Source of the DNA: Octopus sinensis
Lineage: Eukaryota
Assembly: GCF_006345805.1 (NCBI RefSeq)
Contig: NC_043010.1
Location: 32,612,001-32,676,000, forward strand
Direction of reading: 5' to 3'
Length of the DNA: 64,000 nucleotides
The notes under the pieces: model-generated
Databases searched by the model: none
What the model saw: the letters and a program-made list of their open reading frames with translations, nothing else
Told to the model about the DNA's origin: nothing
In this document: piece after piece, positions 42,020 through 53,200 of the stretch
How the letters are laid out: every line of letters begins with the position of its first letter
How positions within the stretch are numbered: position 1 is the stretch's first letter
Position numbers and translations under genes: made by a program

Positions 42020-42230
42020 AGACAACAAGCTAGCAGTATCATTACCATGCCAGGCAAAATTCTTCATAGCATTGTCTATATTTATGTTATGAGTTCAAAT
42101 TCCATCAAGGTTGACTTTTCCTTTCATCCTTTCAGGGATGATAAAATATGTATCAGTTGAACATTATGGGCAATGTAATCGACTTACACCTTCCCCTGAA
42201 TTTGCTGGCCTTGAGCCAGAATTTGAAACC
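42020..42230 (+). mobile_element. Older family A SINE, head-to-head with 41753-41983
   Basis: gctagcagtatcatt...gagttcaaattcc...ctttcatcc...gctggccttgagcc. Confidence 0.75.
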
Positions 42231-43149
42231 AATATTCCTACATTTGGTAACATAGACTAGAGATAATTATCACAAGTTGTCTTGCAAACAACTTGCACAT
42301 GCAAGTGCTACCAGTCAAAAACTCTGCATACCGGAAGCCAGCAATTGTATGGGGTCATCAGGAGAGAATGCGTGCTGTTTCGGGGGGCCTACCTCTCGAC
42401 GGCATCAATGCGCACTGCTCCCCCCCTCACTGATATGAGGCCCTGCTTGCTAGATCAGCTGGTTATCAAATAAAGCTCAATAGTCTTCTAGCCATCGCTC
42501 ATCGTCTCTTTTTAACCAAATCCAGTGGCTAGCCTTCTCCACTGTAGTTTGGATATCGGTCATGGTGATATTGACTTTACGATGAGTTAGGCCTAACGAT
42601 AACAACAGTCGTCTCATAGACTAGAGATAATTAGCACAAGTAATTAATAATTTGGACCAAAGTTAACTTGACTATATACTTGAACACTATTATAACTCCT
42701 AATTTTTCCAGTTAACCATCTTTGATAAGTGCTGACAGACAAAAAGAAAAGTTTGATTTTCATCCCCAAAAGCCTCATGAAACCTTTTGGTAGGTTTGTG
42801 AAAACTCTGGAGTCCAGCTATTTGTAGGGCTTTCTTTTATTCCAGCCAGAGGCTATTTGTCTTTAAACCCACATTTATTAAATGCAGGTTTAAAGATAAT
42901 TCACACCACCCAACCTCTAAGAGATTATTTCTGTTGAAACCAGAGATATGTCCTAAATTTATATGAGACATTTCAACTCTCATCTTTTGATAATTTCATT
43001 ATTTCTTGATTCATACACATGCATACAACAAATTGTACTTTATATTTAAAATGTTTTGAAGGTAATTCTTTCTCTGGCTGATATTTCAACATGTTAATCA
43101 TAACACAACTACAAGAACATCATTCAATACTCTATTAGTTTTGCTTCCA

Positions 43150-45693
43150 AAATAATCATCATTTAATGTCCTTTTTCCATGCTAGCATGGGTTGGACCGT
43201 TTGACAAGAACAGACAAGCCAGAGGGCTCTGACAGGCTCTATGTCTGCTTTGGCATGGTTTCTACAACGGGATGCACTTAAGAGAGTGTACTGAGTTCCT
43301 TTGACATGACAAGGCACCAATGAGACCACCAAGTACTGACAAGATAAGACCCCTGCTAAGCAGGGTATAGACTGGAGGAATAAGAAATTATGATAGATGG
43401 AGAGGAGCAGATGTCTTGCTGAAGAGGAGAATACAAGACTTGTCCACCTGGAAAGCGAGAGAGAGAGAGAGAGAAAGCAAAAGAGAAAGAAAAAGATATG
43501 AGATCCAGGTACAACATGAATATGATGCAGAGTAGGATAGAAGAGTGGAAAAAGTGGATTTGTAGATAAATGCACTGAGTGAAAAATAGTGTGACAGATA
43601 ATAGAGATACAGAATGAGTTGGATGCAGAGAATATTGGCTCAGTGAGGTCAGTCTTCACCACTTTTTTCCATGTCTCCCTAGGTCTACCTCTTCTACATG
43701 TTCCTTCCATGTTTAGCAATTGGCAGATGTCCTCATCAATCTGCAACACATGATCATACCAGTACAGTTTTCTTTTCTCCTGCACACCACATCTGGTGCC
43801 TCTTATGCCCAATTCTTCACTCAACACATCTGTACTTTACTGTACATGCTGTACACTGCACATCCACTGGAGTATACTTGTTTCCTCTCTTTCAAGTCGC
43901 TGCATATCCTCTGCATTCACAGTCCAAATTTCATAACCCTGTAGCATTTCTGTTCATACACAGGCATCATACTATGTCCTTTTTCCATGCCTTTTATTCT
44001 GAGAGAGAGGCCCTTTGTTATCAACAGATGTAAAAGTTCTTTGAACTTTCTCCAGCCAATTAGAATTCTAGCAACTATACTTTTAAAGCATCCTCCTTCA
44101 CTACTAATTAGGTCACCTAGATAACAGAAACCATTTACTACTTCTAGGGCATTTCAGAACATCTATTTTCCTTGTGTCCAAAAAGTTCATGTTGATTTTT
44201 AAAGGAAAGAAAAAGGTCAATAAATACTTGCTAATACATTTTTAATCAACCAAATATGAACCATTTTGTTGCACAATGCGTCTCCATCTTTCCTTTAATA
44301 TGAAAATACCTGCTTCCCAGAATTGAGGTGGTTTCATTGCAAAGAATTCATCAAGGTATCTTTTTATGTTATCCAAGGAATTGAAATTTTTACCATTAAG
44401 ACTATTCTGCAGAGACCTGAATAAGTGGAAATCCGAAGGAGCAATATCTGGTGAATATGGAAGGTGGGGTAACACATTCCAGCCGAGCCGCAGCCATTTT
44501 TGTCTGGTTCCCCAAAAAATGTGCAGTCTTGCATTATCATATTGGAAAACAACAACCTTACTGTTGGCCAATTCTGGACGTTTCTCTTGAATAGCTGCTT
44601 TTAACTCATCCAGTTGTGTGCAGTATTTCTCAGAATTAATTGTCTGGTTACTTGGGAGAAGCTCATAGTACAGAATTCCTTTCCAATCCTATCAGACACA
44701 AAGCAAGACTTTTTTAGGGTGAAATTGGAGTGGCTAAGAGTGGCTCATGTCGTTTACTCCAGGATCGCTTTCTCTGAACATTTCAGTAGATAATCCATTT
44801 CTCCTCACCTGTCACAATTTGTTTTAAAAAAGGTGCATTTTCATTCCATTTATAAAGTGAATCACAGATGGAAATGTGATCCAAAAGGTTCTTATCACAC
44901 AAACATTGTAGCGATTTGTGTACCCAAGCTTTACTAGGTGCTCATGAACAACAGATTTTGATAGGTTGAAGCTTTCTGCCAATTTTTGGGTTGTGCAATG
45001 TGAGTTATTATCAATGAATGACTTGATTTGGTCATCATCTGTAGTGGGTGGTCTGTCTGATCACTCTATCAATAAGGCTACAATCTCCAGCTTAGAACCT
45101 TGGGAACCACTTCCATACAGTTCTTTCAGATAAAGAAACATCACCGTAAACTGCACATATTTCTTTGGTTGCTTGTGAGGCATTTTTCCCTTTACGGAAA
45201 AAGAAAAGCATCAAGTGCCGAAAATGAACTTTCTCATCTTCCATTTTAAAGGGTCACAGAATTAACACAAGTTATAGGAATATAAACCTTCTTCCACGAA
45301 AAGATAGCTTAAACTATGCTCTAAATGGAGATGTAGTGAAATCCTATTTTATGGACTCAATCATGTTCTAAAATAAATCGAAAGCTAAGCTACTATAAAT
45401 CGGCAGGAACTTTCCAGACAATCCAATATTTATTGTTCTTGCACATCTGCCACAAAATCTACCTTCTCTGTTAACTTTCCTGATATTCCACTCATCTTTT
45501 GTGCATCAATAGTTTTCACTGGACTCATCGTATGGAATTTCTACCTACACTTTGTCTACATATGGAACAGGGCCATTTACCCAAAGAGATTAGTGTTCTT
45601 TGCTAAGTTAACTTTGAGATACTTTGATTCCAGGTTTTGCTTCCATGCTTGGAATTTTAATTCTAATTCTTCTACATTTTCAGCAACAAGAGC

Positions 45694-45695
<2 letters not shown>
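43150..45695 (-). mobile_element. RTE LINE 3' half, interrupted by a mariner element
   Basis: ORF 43159-43827 (GIRG.RCGVQEKR.LYWY.HV...GTCRRGRPRETWKKVVKTDL) plus the RTE 3' UTR; RT text resumes at 45429-45695 (LELKFQAWKQNLESK.LKVNLAK). Confidence 0.85.
44176..45426 (-). mobile_element. Mariner DNA transposon (~1.25 kb) with a pseudogenised DD34D-type transposase (44242-45244)
   Basis: Start MEDEKVHFRHLMLF; YDNAR.H and HLPYSPDIAPSDFHLFRSL motifs; right TIR (reverse complement ttggattgtctggaaagttcctgccgattt) plus TA; left TIR partly eroded (tgtccaaaaagttcatgttgattt). Confidence 0.9.
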
Positions 45696-45734
<39 letters not shown>

Positions 45735-45738
<4 letters not shown>

Positions 45739-46566
45739 AGCAGCTAAGTCCGGTTTCACCCGGTCTGTTCCAAATCTTTTGCCACAGTTATATCAGGCCA
45801 AATAGGTCTGAGGCATTTTTCTACTTTTTCTCTTCTGTTTTGAAAATCCTCTTTTTTCAATGTTGTATGTTTTGTACACTATTCTTGTCCTGCTGATTAT
45901 GTCGATTGTTTCTTCTGAGGAGGGGGGGGCACTTGAATTTTGGTCCCCTCTTTTTTTTAGCATAGACATAAACCTTTACAGGTCACTTCTTTCTGTGTTT
46001 ATTTGAGTCTCTTTTCGTCCAGCTACCTCTACAAACTTTTTGGGCGAGACCGCCAGTGATTTCTTTTTTTCTTCTGAAAAGTTCAATTTTCTTAGCATCA
46101 CCGCCGGTGAAATTCTTTCTTCACCTGCTTCAGACACAGGTGAGTAGGATATTGGTGAAAGCAAAAATGTTTCTGTTTTTTTTAAAAAAACAAAACGCAA
46201 TTTACTGCAAAAACGCCGAACACAAAAATTTGGGTTTATGCCCAACAGAATTGGCTTGAAGGCACACAGTTCAATAATAATTCCACCGCAGCGGGGAATT
46301 TAAACAAGCTCCTTCCAAAAAAGCAATAAACAGTTCTTTTAAACAACTAACAATTACAACTCACCACAGCAATTCGCCAACCAAACAAATCACAGAGGTA
46401 ACTATCAAACGTATCAACAACAGGAAACTTGCACTAAGAATAAGCAGAAGTTAAAATTACTACCTGCTTTTATAGCAAGTTGATGCAGGTAGTTTATCCC
46501 AACCCCCTCCGACTTTTATTTCATGCAATTGAAATAACCCAATGCATATATATATACATATAGATA
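45735..46566. mobile_element. Possible Helitron-like non-autonomous element in (TA)n
   Basis: Starts acaagcagctaagtccggtttcacccgg, parallel to the 11289 terminus; ends atatatatacatatagat. Confidence 0.35.
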
Positions 46567-47070
46567 TTTTGGACTATGAGTATATATAGTTCTATAAACG
46601 TTAGAAGTACGAGATTAAATATTTTTTTTTTTTTCATAGCATTCTACCGTTTGAACTAGCGGTATCTTGTAAATGAGATCCAAAATAACAAGAACCTGAT
46701 CCAGCCGGTCGCCTGTAAGTTCCAAGGGAGAGAAGTAAAACTAATCCATACACTAACAGGGGGGATAATTCTAGTAGGCTTAAGAGAAATGTAAATTCGC
46801 CGGGTGATGCTGCTAAATTGACGAAACGAAAATAGACGGAAAGTAAGTCAAACAAGTTTTTTTCTAGTATTGGTTTTAAATTCCTCTTAGCGATCTCTCT
46901 AATTAGATGTAGATATGGCAGTACGGTGTAGTTGCCTCGCTACACATATATGCTTGTATAATCTTCAATTATAAAGTTTACCAAAAATGAAAATGAACCA
47001 GGGCTAGACCCCCTAGACCACTTGGGCAGAATTCTTGGACGGAATATCATTGCAGTATTTTGGTTTATAT

Positions 47071-47275
47071 AAGGCGGCGAGCTGGTAGAATCATTAGCAC
47101 GCCGGGCGAAATGCTTAGTAGTATTTCGTCTGCGGTTACGTTCTGAGTTCAAATTCCGCCGAGGTCGACGTTGCCTTTCATCCTTTCGGAGTCGATTAAA
47201 TAAGTACCAGTTACGCACTGAGGTCGATATAATCGACTTAATCCGTTTGTCCCCTCTGCGTTTAGTAAAGAAATA
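47071..47275 (+). mobile_element. Young family A SINE whose 3' end is the first unit of the satellite
   Basis: CpG-intact ggcggcgagctgg...gttcaaattccgccgaggtcgac...; ends tttagtaaagaaata. Confidence 0.9.
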
Positions 47276-50200
47276 GTAAACTTTTGAGATTTTTTAATGT
47301 TTTTGTAGTAAAGAAATAGTAAACTTTTGGATGTTTTTAATGTTTTTGTAGTAAAGAAATAGTAAACTTTTGGATGTTTTTAATGTTTTTGGAGTAAAGA
47401 AATAGGAAACTTTTGGATGTTTTTAATGTTTTTGGAGTAAAGAAATAGTAAACTTTTGGGGGGTTTTAATGTTTTTGTAGTAAAGAAATAGTAAACTTTT
47501 GGGTTTTTTAATGTTTTTGTAGTAAAGAAATAGTAAACTTTTGGATGTTTTTAATGTTTTTGGAGTAAAGAAAGAGTAAACTTTGGATGTTTTTAATGTT
47601 TTTGGAGTAAAGAAATAGTAAACTTTTGGGGGGTTTTAATGTTTTTGTAGTAAAGAAATAGTAAACTTTTGGATGTTTTTAATGTTTTTGTAGTAAAGAA
47701 ATATTAAACTTTTGGATGTTTTTAATGTTTTTGTAGTAAAGAAATAGGAAACTTTTGGATGCTTTTAATGTTTTTGTAGTAAAGAAATAGTAAACTTTTG
47801 AGGTTTTTTAATGTTTTTGTAGTAAAGAAATAGTAAACTTTTGGTGTTTTTTAATGTTTTTGTAGTAAAGAAATAGTAAACTTTTGGATGTTTTTAATGT
47901 TTTTGTAGTAAAGAAATAGTAAACTTTTGGATGTTTTTAATGTTTTTGTAGTAAAGAAATAATAAACTTTTGGATGTTTTTAATGTTTTTGTAGTAAAGA
48001 AATATTAAACTTTTGGATGTTTTTAATGTTTTTGGAGTAAAGAAATAGTAAACTTTTGGGGGGTTTTAATTTTTTTGTAGTAAAGAAATAGTAAACTTTT
48101 GGATGTTTTTAATGTTTTTGTAGTAAAGAAATAGTAAACTTTTGGATGTTTTTAATGTTTTTTGGAGTAAAGAAATAGTAAACTTTTGAGGTTTTTTAAT
48201 GTTTCTGTAGTAAAGAAATAGTAAACTTTTGGTGGTTTTTAATGTTTTTGGAGTAAAGAAATAGTAAACTTTTGGGGGGTTTTAATGTTTTTGTAGTAAA
48301 GAAATAGTAAACTTTTGGATGTTTTTAATGTTTTTGTGGTAAAGAAACAGTAAACTTTTGGATGTTTTTAATGTTTTTGGAGTAAAGAAATAGTAAACTT
48401 TTGGATGTTTTTAATGTTTTTGTAGTAAAGAAATAGTAAACTTTTCGATGTTTTTAATGTTTTTGTAGTAAAGAAATAGTAAACTTTTGGATGTTTTTAA
48501 TGTTTTTGGAGTAAAGAAATAGTAAACTTTTGGATGTTTTTAATGTTTTTGTAGTAAAGAAATAGTAAACTTTTGGGTTTTTTAATGCTTTTGTAGTAAA
48601 GAAATAGTAAACTTTTGGATGTTTTTATGTTTTTGTAGTAAAGAAATAGTAAACTTTTGGATGTTTTTAATGTTTTTGGAGTAAAGAAATAGTAAACTTT
48701 TGGATGTTTTTAATGTTTTTGTAGTAAAGAAATAGTAAACTTTTGGGTTTTTTTAATGCTTTTGTAGTAAAGAAATAGTAAACTTTTGGATGTTTTTAAT
48801 GTTTTTGTAGTAAAGAAATAGTAAACTTTTGGATGTTTTTAATGTTTTTGTAGTAAAGAAATAGTAAACTTTTGGATGTTTTTAATGTTTTTGTAGTAAA
48901 GAAATAGTAAACTTTTGGTGTTTTTTAATGTTTTTTGTAGTAAAGAATAGTAAACTTTTGGGGGGTTTTAATGTTTTTGTAGATAAGAAATAGTAAAATT
49001 TTTGTTTTTTTTTAATGTTTTTGTAGTAAAGAAATAGTAAACTTTTGAGGTTTTTTAATGTTTTTGTAGTAAAGAAATAGTAAACTTTTGGGGGGTTTTA
49101 ATGTTTTTGTAGTAAAGAAATAGTAAACTTTTGGATGTTTTTAATGTTTTTGTAGTAAAGAAATAGTAAACTTTTGAGGTTTTTTAATGTTTTTGTAGTA
49201 AAGAAATAGTAAACTTTTGGATGTTTTTAATGTTTTTGTAGTAAAGAAATAGTAAACTTTTGGATGTTTTTAATGTTTTTGTAGTAAAGAAATAGTAAAC
49301 TTTTGGATGTTTTTAATGTTTTTGTAGTAAAGAAATAGTAAACTTTTGGATGTTTTTAATGTTTTTGTAGTAAAGAAATAGTAAACTTTTGGATGTTTTT
49401 AATGTTTTTGGAGTAAAGAAATAGTAAACTTTTGGATGTTTTTAATGTTTTTGTAGTAAAGAAATAGTAAACTTTTGGTGGTTTTTAATGCTTTTGTAGT
49501 AAAGAAATAGTAAACTTTTGAGGTTTTTTAATGTTTTTGTAGTAAAGAAATAGTAAACTTTTGGTGGTTTTTAATGTTTTTGTAGTAAAGAAATAGTAAA
49601 CTTTTGGTGGTTTTTAATGTTTTTGTAGTAAAGAAATAGTAAACTTTTGGATGTTTTTAATGTTTTTGTAGTAAAGAAACAGTAAACTTTTGGTGGTTTT
49701 TAATGTTTTTGTAGTAAAGAAATAGTAAACTTTTGGATGTTTTTAATGTTTTTGGAGTAAAGAAATATAGTAAACTTTTGGGGGGTTTTAATGTTTTTGT
49801 AGTAAAGAAATAGTAAACTTTTGGATGTTTTTAATGTTTTTGTAGTAAAGAAATAGTAAACTTTTGGATGTTTTTAATGTTTTTGTAGTAAAGAAATAGT
49901 AAACTTTTGGGTTTTTTTAATGTTTTTGGAGTAAAGAAATAGTAAACTTTTGGATGTTTTTAATGTTTTTGTAGTAAAGAAATAGTAAACTTTTGGTGGT
50001 TTTTAATGTTTTTGTAGTAAAGAAATAGTAAACTTTTGGATGTTTTTAATGTTTTTGTAGTAAAGAAATAGTAAACTTTTGGATGTTTTTAATGTTTTTG
50101 TAGTAAAGAAATATTAAACTTTTGGATGTTTTTAATGTTTTTGGAGTAAAGAAATAGTAAACTTTTGGATGTTTTTAATGTTTTTGTAGTAAAGAAATAG

Positions 50201-53200
50201 TAAACTTTTGGATGTTTTTAATGTTTTTGTAGTAAAGAAATAGTAAACTTTTGGATGTTTTTAATGTTTTTGGAGTAAAGAAATAGTAAACTTTTGGATG
50301 CTTTTAATGTTTTTGTAGTAAAGAAATAGTAAACTTTTGGATGTTATTTAATGTTTTTGTAGTAAAGAAATAGTAAACTTTTGGGGGGTTTTAATGTTTT
50401 TGTAGTAAAGAAATAGTAAACTTTTGGATGTTTTTAATGTTTTTGTAGTAAAGAAATAGTAAACTTTTGGATGTTTTTAATGTTTTTGTAGTAAAGAAAT
50501 AGTAAACTTTTGGATGTTTTTAATGTTTTTGTAGTAAAGAAATAGTAAACTTTTGGATGTTTTTAATGTTTTTGTAGTAAAGAAATAGTAAACTTTTGGA
50601 TGTTTTTAATGTTTTTGTAGTAAAGAAATAGTAAACTTTTGGATGTTTTTAATGTTTTTGTAGTAAAGAAATAGTAAACTTTTGGATGTTTTTTAATATT
50701 TTTGTAGTAAAGAAATAGTAAACTTTTGGGGGGTTTTAATGTTTTTGTAGATAAGAAATAGTAAAATTTTTGTTTTTTTTAATGTTTTTTGTAGTAAAGA
50801 ATAGTAAACTTTTGAGGTTTTTTAATGTTTTTGTAGTAAAGAAATAGTAAACTTTTGGTGGTTTTTAATGTTTTTGTAGTAAAGAAATAGTAAACTTTTG
50901 GATGTTTTTAATGTTTTTGTAGTAAAGAAATAGTAAACTTTTGGATGTTTTTAATGTTTTTGTAGTAAAGAAATAGTAAACTTTTGGATGTTTTTAATGT
51001 TTTTGTAGTAAAGAAATAGTAAACTTTGGATGTTTTTAATGTTTTTGTAGTAAAGAAATAGTAAACTTTTGGATGTTTTTAATGTTTTTGTAGTAAAGAA
51101 ATAGTAAACTTTTGGGTTTTTTTAATGCTTTTGTAGTAAAGAAATAGTAAACTTTTGGATGTTTTTTAATGTTTTTGTAGTAAAGAAATAGTAAACTTTT
51201 GGGGGGTTTTAATGTTTTTGGAGATAAGAAATAGTAAAATTTTTGGTTTTTTTTAATGTTTTTGTAGTAAAGAAATAGTAAACTTTTGAGGTTTTTTAAT
51301 GTTTTTGTAGTAAAGAAATAGTAAACTTTTGGGGGGTTTTAATGTTTTTGTAGTAAAGAAATAGTAAACTTTGGATGTTTTTAATGTTTTTGTGGTAAAG
51401 AAATAGTAAACTTTTGAGGTTTTTTAATGTTTTTGGAGTAAAGAAATATAGTAAACTTTTGGGGGGTTTTAATGTTTTTGTAGTAAAGAAATAGTAAACT
51501 TTTGGATGTTTTTAATGTTTTTGTGGTAAAGAAATAGTAAACTTTTGAGGTTTTTTAATGTTTTTGTAGTAAAGAAATAGTAAACTTTTGAGGTTTTTTA
51601 ATGTTTTTGGAGTAAAGAAATATAGTAAACTTTTGGGGGGTTTTAATGTTTTTGTAGTAAAGAAATAGTAAACTTTTGGATGTTTTTAATGTTTTTGTGG
51701 TAAAGAAATAGTAAACTTTTGAGGTTTTTTAATGTTTTTGTAGTAAAGAAATAGTAAACTTTTGGTGGTTTTTAATGTTTTTGTAGTAAAGAAATAGTAA
51801 ACTTTTGGTGGTTTTTAATGTTTTTGTAGTAAAGAAATAGTAAACTTTTGGATGTTTTTAATGTTTTTGTAGTAAAGAAACAGTAAACTTTTGGTGGTTT
51901 TTAATGTTTTTGTAGTAAAGAAATAGTAAACTTTTGGATGTTTTTAATGTTTTTGGAGTAAAGAAATATAGTAAACTTTTGGGGGGTTTTAATGTTTTTG
52001 TAGTAAAGAAATAGTAAACTTTTGGATGTTTTTAATGTTTTTGTAGTAAAGAAATAGTAAACTTTTGGATGTTTTTAATGTTTTTGTAGTAAAGAAATAG
52101 TAAACTTTTGGGTTTTTTTAATGTTTTTGGAGTAAAGAAATAGTAAACTTTTGGATGTTTTTAATGTTTTTGTAGTAAAGAAATAGTAACTTTTGGTGGT
52201 TTTTAATGTTTTTGTAGTAAAGAAATAGTAAACTTTTGGATGTTTTTAATGTTTTTGTAGTAAAAAGTAAACTTTTGGATGTTTTTAATGTTTTTGTAGT
52301 AAAGAAATATTAAACTTTTGGATGTTTTTAATGTTTTTGGAGTAAAGAAATAGTAAACTTTTGGATGTTTTTAATGTTTTTGTAGTAAAGAAATAGTAAA
52401 CTTTTGGATGTTTTTTAATGTTTTTGTAGTAAAGAAATAGTAAACTTTTGATGTTTTTTAATGTTTTTGGAGTAAAGAAATAGTAAACTTTTGGATGCTT
52501 TTAATGTTTTGTAGTAAAGAAATAGTAAACTTTTGGATGTTTTAAATGTTTTTTGTAGTAAAGAAATAGTAAACTTTTGGGGGGTTTTAATGTTTTTGTA
52601 GTAAAGAAATAGTAAACTTTTGATGTTTTTTAATGTTTTTGTAGTAAAGAAATAGTAAACTTTTGGATTTTTTAATGTTTTTGTAGTAAAGAAATAGTAA
52701 ACTTTTGGATGTTTTTAATGTTTTTGTAGTAAGAAATAGTAAACTTTTGGATGTTTTTTTAATTTTTGTTTTTGGAGTAAAGAAATAGTAAACTTTTGGA
52801 TGTTTTTAATGTTTTTGTAGTAAAGAAATAGTAAACTTTTGGATGTTTTTAATGTTTTTGTAGTAAAGAAATAGTAAACTTTTGGATGTTTTTTAATGTT
52901 TTTGTAGTAAAGAAATAGTAAACTTTTGGGGGGTTTTATGTTTTTGTAGATAAGAAATAGTAAAATTTTTGTTTTTTTTTAATGTTTTTGTAGTAAAGAA
53001 ATAGTAAACTTTTGAGGTTTTTTAATGTTTTTGTAGTAAAGAAATAGTAAACTTTTGGTGGTTTTTAATGTTTTTGTAGTAAAGAAATAGTAAACTTTTG
53101 GATGTTTTTAATGTTTTTGTAGTAAAGAAATAGTAAACTTTTGGATGTTTTTAATGTTTTTGTAGTAAAGAAATAGTAAACTTTTGGATGTTTTTAATGT

